Assembly (NCBI GenBank): GCA_038042445.1
Contig: JBBTED010000122.1
Coordinates: 1 to 31,975 of the forward strand
DNA: 31,975 nt
Source of the DNA: Candidatus Firestoneibacteriota bacterium
GTDB lineage: Bacteria > Oederibacteriota > D2-FULL-39-29 > JBBTED01
Direction of reading: 5' to 3'
The notes under the pieces were generated by a model. The model saw nothing but the letters and a program-made list of their open reading frames with translations, made no database searches and was not told the origin of the DNA. Both the position numbers and the translations under genes were made by a program. Positions within the stretch are counted from its first letter, which is position 1. The number at the start of each line of letters is the position of its first letter. Positions 8,870-18,271 of this stretch are shown piece after piece.

Positions 8870-10006
8870 TTATGATTTAATATTTATCCAAGCTCCATTT
8901 GATTTGGAACTTTGGACAGTTGCATCCAAAAACAACATTCCAGCAAGCCCATCTTCAACTCCGGGATGAGAATATGGCACAGGGATATTTTTTTCTCCGT
9001 TTCTTTTTCTAACAATAAATTCCATTGTTAAATGAAGATTTGCTAAAGCTTCAAAGAAATCTTCGTTGTGCCCAGCTGGTAGTCTTAAATAAGGTTTGAT
9101 TATTGCAGGAAAATAGTCGTAATTAGCACCAAGCCAATATACTTTATCAGCTCCACCATATTTTACAATTAAAGATTCTGCCCTCTCCTGATTCCATTCT
9201 ATTGAACCTTTTGTTCCAAAAATTCTAAATCCATTATCATTTTTATATCCAATTGCTATTTGAGTTGCTGTAATAATTGAAGTGGCTCCATTTTCTAATT
9301 CTGCAAAAACATTAAAATCATCATCAAGCTTTCTACCTTTAATAAATATATTAAGTTTTGCTGATACTTTAACAACTTCAAGTCCTGTAATCCAACGAAC
9401 TGCCATATGTGCATGTGTACCTATATCACCACCACAACAGGATATTCCAGCTTTCTTTGGATTAACCCGCCATTGTGCCTGTTTTAGTCCTGTATCTTCA
9501 CTCTTATTAGCCAACCAACCTTGAGTATACCAACTTTCCACCTTGCGAACTTCTCCTATATCACCATTTTGAACAAATTCTCTTGCTAACATATACATTG
9601 GATGTCCTGTATAAGTATGTGCAAGTATAAATGGAACTTTCTTTGATTTCACAATTTTAACCAGTGTTTTAGCATCTTCTACTGTCCGAGTCATTGGTTT
9701 TTCACAAAGCACAGGGACATTTTTTTCAATACATAGTTTAGCGGGTGCAAAATGTGCATCATTTGGTGTTACAATAGTAAAATAATCTAATTTTTCTTTA
9801 TCAACCGCATCTACAAGTGATTTATAATTCGGATAACCATTTATCCCTAATTCTTTTGCAGATGATATCGCATCTTCTGGATTTGAACGTAAAGCACCAG
9901 CTACTAACTCTCTGGTAGTATCCAATGAAATTGAACGCCTGTGAACTTTGCCGAAAAAATTTTGGGGTCCACCTCCACCTATCATACCGACTCTCAATTT
10001 TTGCAT
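8870..10006 (-). CDS. Gfo/Idh/MocA family oxidoreductase
   Basis: GMIGGG Rossmann start, IVTPN..H, CEKP, DIGTH. Confidence 0.92.
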   Translation of the reverse strand: MQKLRVGMIGGGGPQNFFGKVHRRSISLDTTRELVAGALRSNPEDAISSAKELGINGYPNYKSLVDAVDKEKLDYFTIVTPNDAHFAPAKLCIEKNVPVLCEKPMTRTVEDAKTLVKIVKSKKVPFILAHTYTGHPMYMLAREFVQNGDIGEVRKVESWYTQGWLANKSEDTGLKQAQWRVNPKKAGISCCGGDIGTHAHMAVRWITGLEVVKVSAKLNIFIKGRKLDDDFNVFAELENGATSIITATQIAIGYKNDNGFRIFGTKGSIEWNQERAESLIVKYGGADKVYWLGANYDYFPAIIKPYLRLPAGHNEDFFEALANLHLTMEFIVRKRNGEKNIPVPYSHPGVEDGLAGMLFLDATVQSSKSNGAWINIKS

Positions 10007-10032
10007 AAAATGATTTCTCCTATTTAATCAAT

Positions 10033-10075
10033 GTAGTCGCTGATTTATCAGCTTTGCCCATAAATGGGCAACTAC
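10033..10075. repeat. GTAG-type REP doublet
   Basis: GTAG TC GCTGAT TT ATCAGC ttt GCCCAT AA ATGGGC AA CTAC. Its terminal CTA (10072-10074) is the TAG stop of the isomerase gene. Confidence 0.85.
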
Positions 10076-10755
10076 AAAAATTTGCAATATTTGGCATATT
10101 CAAAACATAATGGATATAATGTTTCCTCATCTTCTTCAATTGTAGGGAATCTACCCATTTTTTCATAAAATCTATTGTCACAAACATCATCATTTACAGT
10201 ACTTACTTCTCCTAAAAAAAGAATTCCATTCTCTGGCCAGAACTTATGATAAATACCCGGAACTAATGTTATGCTTTCACCGGCTGATAATTTCACAATA
10301 CTGCCAGCAGTTATTTTTTTCGCCATACCATCAACTGAAAAAGAAACATCTGTTTTAGCCAAGCCACCATCTTTTGTAGAGTTATAAATCTGAATTAGCA
10401 ATTTATTTTTACCGCGATTTATTATATCCTCCATTTTTTTCCAGTGAAAATGCATAGGGGCCATTTCTTTAGAATCTGAAAGTAATATTTTTTCAGCATA
10501 AGGCTTTTTATACTTTTTATTTTTTAAATTTCCATTGCGAATTGTAAATAGTAAAATTCCGAGTTCATAATAATCTCCTTTTCCAAAATCTGTCAAATCC
10601 CAACCCAACATATTGTCAACAATCTCACGACATTCTTGTCCTTTATTTTTCCAATCTAAAGGCCTCCAAAATGCAAATGGCGGTAAATAAAATTTTTGCT
10701 TTTTTAAAAATTCTACGGCATCTTTCTGAATTTTATTAATTTGAGAACGTTTCAT
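10072..10755 (-). CDS. D-lyxose/D-mannose family sugar isomerase (cupin)
   Basis: MKRSQIN, LPPFAFW, LGWDLTDFG, YAEK, PMHFH.KKMEDI, GESITL.PG.YH.FW, EVSTVNDD..DN.F. Confidence 0.9.
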   Translation of the reverse strand: MKRSQINKIQKDAVEFLKKQKFYLPPFAFWRPLDWKNKGQECREIVDNMLGWDLTDFGKGDYYELGILLFTIRNGNLKNKKYKKPYAEKILLSDSKEMAPMHFHWKKMEDIINRGKNKLLIQIYNSTKDGGLAKTDVSFSVDGMAKKITAGSIVKLSAGESITLVPGIYHKFWPENGILFLGEVSTVNDDVCDNRFYEKMGRFPTIEEDEETLYPLCFEYAKYCKFL

Positions 10756-10808
10756 AATTTTTTAACTATGGTTTGTTTTCTTCCACCAAACCATAATATC
10801 ATCTCCTT
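10756..10808 (-). other. MVWWK element copy 2: SD-led uORF MVWWKKTNHS* inside a hairpin
   Basis: AAGGAG (10808-10803), 8 nt, then ATG GTT TGG TGG AAG AAA ACA AAC CAT AGT TAA (10794-10762) AAA ATT ATG of the isomerase. Stem TATGGTTTG/CAAACCATA. Confidence 0.7.
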
Positions 10809-10817
10809 TAATAATTT

Positions 10818-12014
10818 TTAAAACACTTTGTTTTTAAAATTTCTTGAAACATCTGGTATTTTTATTAAACGATTCCCATTCCTTATAGATTCTGTTGCTG
10901 CACAAGCAACTGCAACACTCATTCTGCCCGCTAACGGAGTAGATATAGGTTTTTTTCCTGTAAGTATCATATCTACAAAATCTTTACATATAATTGGATC
11001 TGCACCCCCATGTCCACCAACAGCAGGCTTAACAGAATAAACTTGGTCAGCAAGATTTTTCCACCGTTTAGAACGATCCCTTGTTTTAACAATCACCTTA
11101 TCTGAATCATCTAAATTTTCCATTCTTCCCTCTGTACCAATAAATGTATAATTCCTACAATAATCAGGTGTCCAGTGACATTGCATATAAGTAACTTTTA
11201 TTCCACCTTCAAGTTCCATCATTACTGTGCTATTATCTTCCACATCTATTTCTTGCCTAAACACACACATATCCATTTTATTTACTCTATTTATATCAGT
11301 CTCATCATAATTAAACTCTATACAATTATTCTTTTCAAAACAGTTAGGGCAACGTAAAGTGTTAGGTTTTTTGCCACCATAGTAATCAAGACTTCCAGAT
11401 GCAATTACTTTCTTTGTGTATCGCCCTGTAATCCAGTGAATCATATCAATATCATGTGATGCCTTTTGCAATAGCAAACTTGTAGTGTTTTTGCTGTTTC
11501 CATGCCAATCATGATAATACCAGTCTCCGCCTCTTCCTACAAAATGCCTTACCCAGACAATCTTAATCTCACCTAAAACACCTGAATCTACAATATCTTT
11601 CATTACCCGAAAAATATTCATATATCGCATATTAAATCCTATCATAAAATGTTTACCTGATTTTTGCCATGCATTAAGTAATTTATCACAACCTTGTGTA
11701 GTAATTGCCATAGGTTTTTCACAAAATACATGTTTTCCTGATTTAAATGCTTCCATTACATATTCTTCATGTGTCCAATCCGGACTCGTAACAACAACAG
11801 CATCCATATCTTTAACTTTGAAAAATTCTTTAATATCCTGAGTAACAAAAACATCAGAACCTATAGATTTTTTAAATTGTATAAGAGCATCTTCATTAGT
11901 ATCCATACCTGCAACAACAACTGATTCACCTTGTGGCTTATGCCAATGTTCAGCTAATTTCCCTCTTCCTGTAACTCCTATTACGCCTATTTTAACCTGC
12001 TTTTGAGTAATCAT
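10818..12014 (-). CDS. Gfo/Idh/MocA family oxidoreductase (YteT-like)
   Basis: GVIGVTGRG, TSPDWTH, CEKP, GFNMRY, LLQKASHDID, GGHGGAD. Confidence 0.9.
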   Translation of the reverse strand: MITQKQVKIGVIGVTGRGKLAEHWHKPQGESVVVAGMDTNEDALIQFKKSIGSDVFVTQDIKEFFKVKDMDAVVVTSPDWTHEEYVMEAFKSGKHVFCEKPMAITTQGCDKLLNAWQKSGKHFMIGFNMRYMNIFRVMKDIVDSGVLGEIKIVWVRHFVGRGGDWYYHDWHGNSKNTTSLLLQKASHDIDMIHWITGRYTKKVIASGSLDYYGGKKPNTLRCPNCFEKNNCIEFNYDETDINRVNKMDMCVFRQEIDVEDNSTVMMELEGGIKVTYMQCHWTPDYCRNYTFIGTEGRMENLDDSDKVIVKTRDRSKRWKNLADQVYSVKPAVGGHGGADPIICKDFVDMILTGKKPISTPLAGRMSVAVACAATESIRNGNRLIKIPDVSRNFKNKVF

Positions 12015-12024
12015 ATATTTTCCT

Positions 12025-12501
12025 TTATATTGATACTAATTTCACTTTTTTCTTAAGTTCTTCTAATTGTGTAGTAGTTAATTTCTTTTCTGTAAGAGGG
12101 AAAAAAATATCGTCTTCATATTTGGCATGAATTATTAAAAGTTCAATGACATCCATAGAAATTTCTATAAACTTCTCACGTTTTGTTTTGTCATTAAAAT
12201 TTAAATTGTCTAACAAATTATTGAATTGTTGAATTTTTTTAAAAATTTTTTTATGGTCATCAAGGATTTTTGTAATTACACGCTTTGCATTTTTATCTAA
12301 ATTAGAAGGTAATATTGAAATAAGTATTTCCTCACTCTGAAAATGCAATAGTAAGTTTTTGTTAAAAAAATCGTTTATGTTAATAACATCTTCAGTAATA
12401 TCTTTATTATCTATATGCAAGAGGATTTGTTCTAAGAAGTATAGTTTTTCTTTTACTTCTGTATGTATTTGACAAATAGTAAAAATTATATCATTTTTCA
12501 T
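12025..12501 (-). CDS. Hemerythrin HHE-domain protein
   Basis: H...HFQSEE...DH...HAKYEDDIFFP helical pattern. Confidence 0.75.
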   Translation of the reverse strand: MKNDIIFTICQIHTEVKEKLYFLEQILLHIDNKDITEDVININDFFNKNLLLHFQSEEILISILPSNLDKNAKRVITKILDDHKKIFKKIQQFNNLLDNLNFNDKTKREKFIEISMDVIELLIIHAKYEDDIFFPLTEKKLTTTQLEELKKKVKLVSI

Positions 12502-12729
12502 TTATTTGCAGGTACTGCAATTATGCGAAGTACAACCACCACAACTATGTGAACTACTTGATAAAGAAACAGTTTGTGATGAAGATTTAAATCCAAAAAT
12601 AGAAAACAATTTATCTACTTTAAAGCTTTTGCATTTTGGACACTTTATACCTTTACCAATTTCAGAAAAGTTTAATAATACCTCAAATTTATTTCTGCAT
12701 TTTTTACATTCAAATTCATAAACCGGCAT
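12502..12729 (-). CDS. FmdB-family zinc-ribbon protein
   Basis: MPVYEFECKKC...FE...CPKC...KLFS, Cys-rich tail CGGC...CSTC. Confidence 0.9.
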   Translation of the reverse strand: MPVYEFECKKCRNKFEVLLNFSEIGKGIKCPKCKSFKVDKLFSIFGFKSSSQTVSLSSSSHSCGGCTSHNCSTCK

Positions 12730-13659
12730 TTATTTTAGTATAAATTGTAGCATCGGACTACGCTGAAAATCAAATCCTATAGTTTCACCAAAATAACTGG
12801 ATAAATAATCTTTCAAAGTAACACGTTTTTTTTCTGTTATAACGTCTGGTTTCCCTTCTATTCCTACAAGTTTTGCAGTTTCCTCAATTGCATCATTCAA
12901 ATCCCCTAATTCATCAACAAGACCTAAATTAAGTGCCTGACGTCCGGACAAAATCCTGCCATCTGAAAAACTTTTAATTTTTATTTTGATATCATCTAAA
13001 GAAATTTTATCCATATTTGATTCTGCTTTCAATTTTTCCTTAAATACTTCTTTTCTTCCCTGTGCAATTGCTTCGATAAACTGTTCATACACATCATTTA
13101 TAACTTCTTTAAATAACTTTTGCTCTGCTTCAGTCATTTTCCTCATTGGAGAACCAGAGTCTTTATATTCTCCACTTTTTACAACTTCAAATTTTACACC
13201 TATTTTCTTTAGAAGTTCTTCCACATTTGGTATTTCCATTATAACTCCAATACTACCTGTTAATGTTCCGGGATTTGCATAAATTTTATCCGCAGCAGAT
13301 GCGATATAATAACCACCCGAAGCAGCAACACTACCCATTGAAACTACCACTTTCTTTTTATCTTTTTTTAGTTTGTTTATTGCATTGTAAATTTCCTGTG
13401 AAGCAGCTACACCACCACCAGGAGTATCTAAACGAACAACAACTGCTTTTATTCGTTTATCATCATTGTATTTCTCAAGAAGTGTTACTGTTTTACGTGA
13501 ATCATAAATCGGACCGTAAATTTCAACTAATGCAATTTTTTTTGGTACATAATCACTAAATTTGCCGGAAGTTTTTGTAAAAATCATTCTTGCAATATTT
13601 AATATTATCACCAATGCAATAACAATTAGAATTATTGTAGTTACTTTCTTCTTTTGCAT
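12730..13659 (-). CDS. sppA: Signal peptide peptidase SppA (36K type, S49)
   Basis: N-terminal TM, DTPGG, SMGSVAASGGYY, TGSIGV, GEYKD, GLVDELG; follows rpsA. Confidence 0.93.
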   Translation of the reverse strand: MQKKKVTTIILIVIALVIILNIARMIFTKTSGKFSDYVPKKIALVEIYGPIYDSRKTVTLLEKYNDDKRIKAVVVRLDTPGGGVAASQEIYNAINKLKKDKKKVVVSMGSVAASGGYYIASAADKIYANPGTLTGSIGVIMEIPNVEELLKKIGVKFEVVKSGEYKDSGSPMRKMTEAEQKLFKEVINDVYEQFIEAIAQGRKEVFKEKLKAESNMDKISLDDIKIKIKSFSDGRILSGRQALNLGLVDELGDLNDAIEETAKLVGIEGKPDVITEKKRVTLKDYLSSYFGETIGFDFQRSPMLQFILK

Positions 13660-13667
13660 TTTGAGTT

Positions 13668-13694
13668 GAGATCCTTCACTTTGTTCAGGATGAC
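13668..13694 (-). repeat. GTCAT-type palindromic repeat
   Basis: Minus strand GTCATCCTGAACAAAGTGAAGGATCTC; adjacent hairpin TGACCC-TTC-GGGTCA at 13691-13705. Confidence 0.6.
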
Positions 13695-13717
13695 CCTTCG
13701 GGTCAATTTTCCTGTGT

Positions 13718-15343
13718 TTACTGTGAAAGTGCTTTAATACTTAACCCAATTTTTCTTCGTTCTGGTTCAATCTTTATTATTTTAGCAGTAACTTCATCAT
13801 CAATTTTAAAACAATCCTCTATTTTTTCAGGAGCTATTTCTTTTATTTCTGATATATGAAGTAACCCTTCTATTTCCCCACCTAAATCAACAAAAGCACC
13901 AAACTTGCTAAGTCGTACAACTTTACCTGTAATTACCTGTCCAACTTTAAATTTTTCTTCAACTATTTTCCAGGGATCGGGTTGTAACTGCTTAAGCCCA
14001 AGTGATAATTTTCGTGCATTTTTATCAACCTCAAGTACAAGTACTTCCACTTTTTCACCTTTTTTCAAAACTTCATTTGGATGTTTTATTTTATTCGTCC
14101 ATGACATATCAGATACGTGTAATAAACCTTCTATTCCATTTTCTATCTCTATGAAAACACCAAAATCTGCAAAACTTGTAACTGCCCCTTTAACTACACT
14201 CCCGAGAGGACAAATTTGTTCAACAGTGCTCCATGGATCAGACTCCAATTGCCGCATACTCAATGATATTTTCTTTTCATTTTTGTCTATGTTCAACACC
14301 GAAGCTTCTACAGTATCTCCAATCGCCAATATTTCTGACGGATGTTTTGGCCTTTTAGTCCATGACATTTCTGATATATGAACTAGACCTTCTATTCCTT
14401 CTTCTATTTTTACAAATACACCATAGTCCATAATATTAACAACTTTTCCCCGTATAACTGTATTCTGTGGATACTTTTTGTCAATATCAAGCCATGGGTC
14501 AGCTGTTTTTTGCTTTAACCCAAGTGAAATTTTCTTCTCATTGCGATCAACTTTCAGCACTAAAACCTCAATTTCATTACCAAGTGCTAACATTTCCGCT
14601 GGATGGTTAATATGTGTCCAAGACATATCACTAATATGTAATAATCCATCTGCACCACCCAAATCAATAAATGCACCGTATGTAGTAATATTTTTCACAA
14701 TTCCTTTTCTCAAATCATTTTCCTGAAGACTATTCCATATTTCAGTTTTAGCTTTTCTTTTTTCAGTTTCAACAACAATTTTATGTGATGCAATAATATT
14801 ATTTTTTAGAGGTGCAAATTTTATAATACGTACTGGAATTATCTTTCCAATTAAATCCTGTAGATTTTTGCCTTCTTCCAATGCAACTTGTGACCCAGGC
14901 AAAAAAACCTCAATACCAACATCTACAATTAAACCACCTTTTACCTGTCTTGATACTTTAGCACTTAAAGTTTCTTTTTCATCATACGCTTTAGAAATTG
15001 CATCTATATTTCTCTTTCTATCTGCTTTGAATTTAGATAATATTAAAGCCCCTTCTTCATCTTCTTTCTTTTCAAGAAAAACTTCAATTTTATCACCAAT
15101 TTTAACATCTAATTGTCCGTCTCTTGTTGAAAACTCACGTATTGGAACTATACCTTCAGATTTATATCCAATATCAATAAATACTTCTTCTTTACCAATA
15201 TGCACAACAGTACCTTTTACCAATGATTTTTCTTCAAAGGTATTAAGACTTTTGTAAATTTCATCCATACTAAATATTGTTTCTTTTTCTGTATCCACCT
15301 CCTTTGTTGAAACATTTACGTTTTCCTGATTTACTAATGACAT
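13718..15343 (-). CDS. rpsA: 30S ribosomal protein S1
   Basis: Six S1 repeats (DIGYKSEG, FLPGSQ, GLLHISDMSW, GLVHISEMSW, GLLHVSDMSW, GLLHISE). Start moved to ATG 15343, which follows AAGGAGG, rather than TTG 15409 inside ispH. Confidence 0.96.
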   Translation of the reverse strand: MSLVNQENVNVSTKEVDTEKETIFSMDEIYKSLNTFEEKSLVKGTVVHIGKEEVFIDIGYKSEGIVPIREFSTRDGQLDVKIGDKIEVFLEKKEDEEGALILSKFKADRKRNIDAISKAYDEKETLSAKVSRQVKGGLIVDVGIEVFLPGSQVALEEGKNLQDLIGKIIPVRIIKFAPLKNNIIASHKIVVETEKRKAKTEIWNSLQENDLRKGIVKNITTYGAFIDLGGADGLLHISDMSWTHINHPAEMLALGNEIEVLVLKVDRNEKKISLGLKQKTADPWLDIDKKYPQNTVIRGKVVNIMDYGVFVKIEEGIEGLVHISEMSWTKRPKHPSEILAIGDTVEASVLNIDKNEKKISLSMRQLESDPWSTVEQICPLGSVVKGAVTSFADFGVFIEIENGIEGLLHVSDMSWTNKIKHPNEVLKKGEKVEVLVLEVDKNARKLSLGLKQLQPDPWKIVEEKFKVGQVITGKVVRLSKFGAFVDLGGEIEGLLHISEIKEIAPEKIEDCFKIDDEVTAKIIKIEPERRKIGLSIKALSQ

Positions 15344-15363
15344 ATATAAATCATCCTCCTTGT

Positions 15364-16200
15364 TTATCTTAAATTCTGAATTCTTTTTACCACTTCCTGT
15401 ATTATCCAATCGGGTGTTGATGTTCCAGCAGTTATTCCTACCTTTTTTTTATCAATAAACCACTTGCTTTTTAATTCGCCAGCTTCTTCAATGTGATGAG
15501 TTTCAGCACCAGACTCAAAACAAACTTTTGCTAAATTTTTAGTATTTGCGCTATTTTTTCCACCAATTACAATCATTATATCAACTTCCTTAGACATTTT
15601 CAAGGAAAACTTTTGCGAAATTGCAGTTGCATTACATATAGTATTATAAATTTTCAATTCAGAAGTTTTCTTTAGAAGTTTTGCAACAATCATTTGAAAT
15701 TTTCCAAATGAAAGTGTTGTTTGAACTACTACTCCTACTTTTTTTAATTTGGGTAATCGTTCAACTTCTTCCTCAGTATTCACAGTTATTGCATTCTTTC
15801 CTGCATATCCAAGAAGAGCCTTTACTTCAGGATGTTTTTCTTCACCGATTATAACTATATTATAGTTTTCATTTTTAAGATTTTGCACAAGTTGCTGAGA
15901 ACGTTTAACTATTGAACAAGTAGCATCAACTATTTTAAGATTTCGTTTTACCAATATTTCACGAATATCAGGTGAGATTCCATGAGCTGCAACAATAATT
16001 GTTCCTCTTGTAACATCCAAAGGATTTTTTACAATTTTAACATTTTCTTTAGCAAGTTTATCAACAACCTGTGGATTATGTATTATTGGACCAGCGGTAT
16101 ACACAGGTTCATTTTTAAAATTTACAGCATTAAATGCCATATCAACTGCTCTTTTTACACCTGCACAAAACCCTGCTCCTTTTGCAATATAAATTTTCAT
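15364..16200 (-). CDS. ispH: 4-hydroxy-3-methylbut-2-enyl diphosphate reductase
   Basis: GFCAGV, IIHN, AHG, DATC, HPEV, QTT, TICNAT, SANT, TAGTSTP. Confidence 0.95.
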   Translation of the reverse strand: MKIYIAKGAGFCAGVKRAVDMAFNAVNFKNEPVYTAGPIIHNPQVVDKLAKENVKIVKNPLDVTRGTIIVAAHGISPDIREILVKRNLKIVDATCSIVKRSQQLVQNLKNENYNIVIIGEEKHPEVKALLGYAGKNAITVNTEEEVERLPKLKKVGVVVQTTLSFGKFQMIVAKLLKKTSELKIYNTICNATAISQKFSLKMSKEVDIMIVIGGKNSANTKNLAKVCFESGAETHHIEEAGELKSKWFIDKKKVGITAGTSTPDWIIQEVVKRIQNLR

Positions 16201-17027
16201 ATCTGATTTTTTACTAATTGTTTAATACTATGTATGTATTTTTCAGCTTCTAATTCTCCAATTCTAATCAATTTTTTCACTTTTGTAAAATCCAGTATTC
16301 TGTATGACATTACATCTGGCTGTATTACTATATCAGCACCTTTACAACTTACCAATGCCATCTCTCTTTCTACAATTTCCATAGCTTTAACTATTACAGA
16401 AATTGCACTTGGCATTCTTTTGTAAGTAAATATTTTAGCTGAATTATTTTTATTAAAACAAGTGATAACATTTGAAGCTATAATTTTATTTGCACCCATT
16501 TCTTTTAAAACATTCACTGGAACAGGTTCTACAAATCCACCATCTATAAGAATTTGTTTTGAATAGCGAACTGGTTCAAATATGCCAGGCAAAGATATAC
16601 TTGCTCTAACAGCTTCAGATACAGAACCTTTTGTAATTATAACAGGACATCCTGATGATAAATCCATAGCAACAACTGCAAGAGGAATTTTAAGCTCGGA
16701 AAAATCTCTATCTCCCATTATTGATTCCAAATAAGAAATTACACGTTTTCCAGATAGAAGTCCAGAACGTGAAATACTAAAATCCATAATAGATAAAATT
16801 TTTGATTTTTTTCGAAATTCCAATACAAACTTTTCTATACTACTTGCAGAAATTCCAGAAGCCCATATTGCTCCTAAGTATGCACCTATACTTGTCCCTG
16901 CAATAAAATCTATTTTAATGTTTTCTCTTTCTAAAACTTTAAGCACTCCAATATGTGCTAAACCGTGCGCACTTCCACTACTTAGTGCAAGACCAATTTT
17001 ATTTTTGTTGAAATTTTTCATTTGCAT
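16197..17027 (-). CDS. Patatin-like phospholipase (RssA/NTE type)
   Basis: LALSSGSAHGLAHIG, GTSIG nucleophile motif, ASISLPG, DGG. Confidence 0.92.
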   Translation of the reverse strand: MQMKNFNKNKIGLALSSGSAHGLAHIGVLKVLERENIKIDFIAGTSIGAYLGAIWASGISASSIEKFVLEFRKKSKILSIMDFSISRSGLLSGKRVISYLESIMGDRDFSELKIPLAVVAMDLSSGCPVIITKGSVSEAVRASISLPGIFEPVRYSKQILIDGGFVEPVPVNVLKEMGANKIIASNVITCFNKNNSAKIFTYKRMPSAISVIVKAMEIVEREMALVSCKGADIVIQPDVMSYRILDFTKVKKLIRIGELEAEKYIHSIKQLVKNQI

Positions 17028-18040
17028 CCGAAAGAACTTCTTGGATTCTCCTGACGTTTTGCCAATTCTTTAAATAATTTTTTTTCATTTTCAGATAAAT
17101 TTGTTGGCAAAACAACTTTTATTTTGACTATTTCGTCTCCTTTATTTCCCTTTTGAAAAGGTAAACCTAATCCACGCAAACGAAAAACAGCACCATTTTG
17201 TGTTTCTGGAGGAATTTTCATTTTAGCTTTACCCTTTATTGTTGGAACTTCTATTTCTGCACCTAAAGTCATTTCTGACAAAGTTACAGGAATTTCAGCA
17301 AGCAAGTTATTCTCCTTAACTTCAAATATTGGATGCACGTTTAATTTAACCTGTAGATACAAATCACCGGGTGGATTTCCTATTCCACCCTGGCCTGTCA
17401 ATCTTATTTTTGAACCTTCATGTATTCCTGCTGGGATTTTTATCCGCAATTTTCGAGTTTGAACAGTCAAACCTCTTCCATCACAATTATTACATATCGC
17501 ATTTCGTATAACCCCTGTTCCATTACAAATTGAACAATTCTGATGAAAACCTATTTCAATTGATTTTTCCGCACCAAAATATATTTCTTCCAGAGTAACA
17601 TCAATTGCTGTTGTCACATCCTGACCTTTAACTCTTGGTATCCCTGCTCCAAATCCATGCCTTTGATTGCTATGTTCATGCTCAGCCATCATATCTCCAA
17701 AAATTGTTTTGAAAAAATCTGAAAAACTCCCTGCATCCTCCTGCCCAAAATCAAAAGACGTATTAAACCTTTCACCTTTTCTGCGAAATTCTGCACCTTG
17801 TCCTTGTGCAAAACGTGAAAAATCATCTGTACCAAGTGTTTCATATCTTGTTCTTTTCTGTGGATCAGATAAAACTTCATAAGCCTCATTTATTTCCTTA
17901 AATTTTTCTTCTGCACGTTTATTACCGGGATTCAAATCCGGATGAAATTTTCTCGCAAGCTTTCTATACGCCTGTTTTATTACAGTTTCATCTGCCTTTT
18001 TATCCACACCCAATACTTTATAATAATCTTTGTATTCCAT
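17018..18040 (-). CDS. DnaJ/CbpA-class co-chaperone with a reduced zinc finger
   Basis: Start MEYKDYY at 18040 rather than 18109; HPD J-domain, G/F region, FSDFF, two CxxCxGxG motifs, DnaJ C-terminal domains. Confidence 0.92.
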   Translation of the reverse strand: MEYKDYYKVLGVDKKADETVIKQAYRKLARKFHPDLNPGNKRAEEKFKEINEAYEVLSDPQKRTRYETLGTDDFSRFAQGQGAEFRRKGERFNTSFDFGQEDAGSFSDFFKTIFGDMMAEHEHSNQRHGFGAGIPRVKGQDVTTAIDVTLEEIYFGAEKSIEIGFHQNCSICNGTGVIRNAICNNCDGRGLTVQTRKLRIKIPAGIHEGSKIRLTGQGGIGNPPGDLYLQVKLNVHPIFEVKENNLLAEIPVTLSEMTLGAEIEVPTIKGKAKMKIPPETQNGAVFRLRGLGLPFQKGNKGDEIVKIKVVLPTNLSENEKKLFKELAKRQENPRSSFGCK

Positions 18041-18055
18041 AGTTTTTATATTGAA

Positions 18056-18084
18056 AGTATAACAAAAAAATCTAAATCTCTCAA
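18056..18084 (-). promoter_or_regulatory. sigma70 promoter of the dnaJ-like gene and the long minus-strand run
   Basis: TTGAGA-17 nt-TATACT with a TGn extension, 15 nt before ATG 18040. Confidence 0.65.
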
Positions 18085-18182
18085 GGAATTTGTTTGTATG
18101 AATAAACAAATGTTGTTTGGTTCATAACGAATTGAATAGAAATGGGATTGAGGAGAAAATTAAACTCCACTAAACTCATGCC

Positions 18183-18210
18183 TTGACAAGTGTCTAATTT
18201 TTGATATTAT
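18183..18210 (+). promoter_or_regulatory. sigma70 promoter of the glycoside hydrolase gene
   Basis: TTGACA-16 nt-TATTAT with a TGn extension. Confidence 0.6.
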
Positions 18211-18271
18211 ACGCATAATAAGTTAGCCATAATAAATAACACCATAAGCAATAAGATTAAAAAGGAAAATT

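Noticed and set aside
18041..18109. N-terminal extensions from the ORF track (dnaJ-like 18109; also rpsA 15409, thioesterase 28068, mrcA 1103)
   Set aside because: They overlap promoters or neighbouring features, and downstream ATGs fit family N-termini or SD/promoter positions better.
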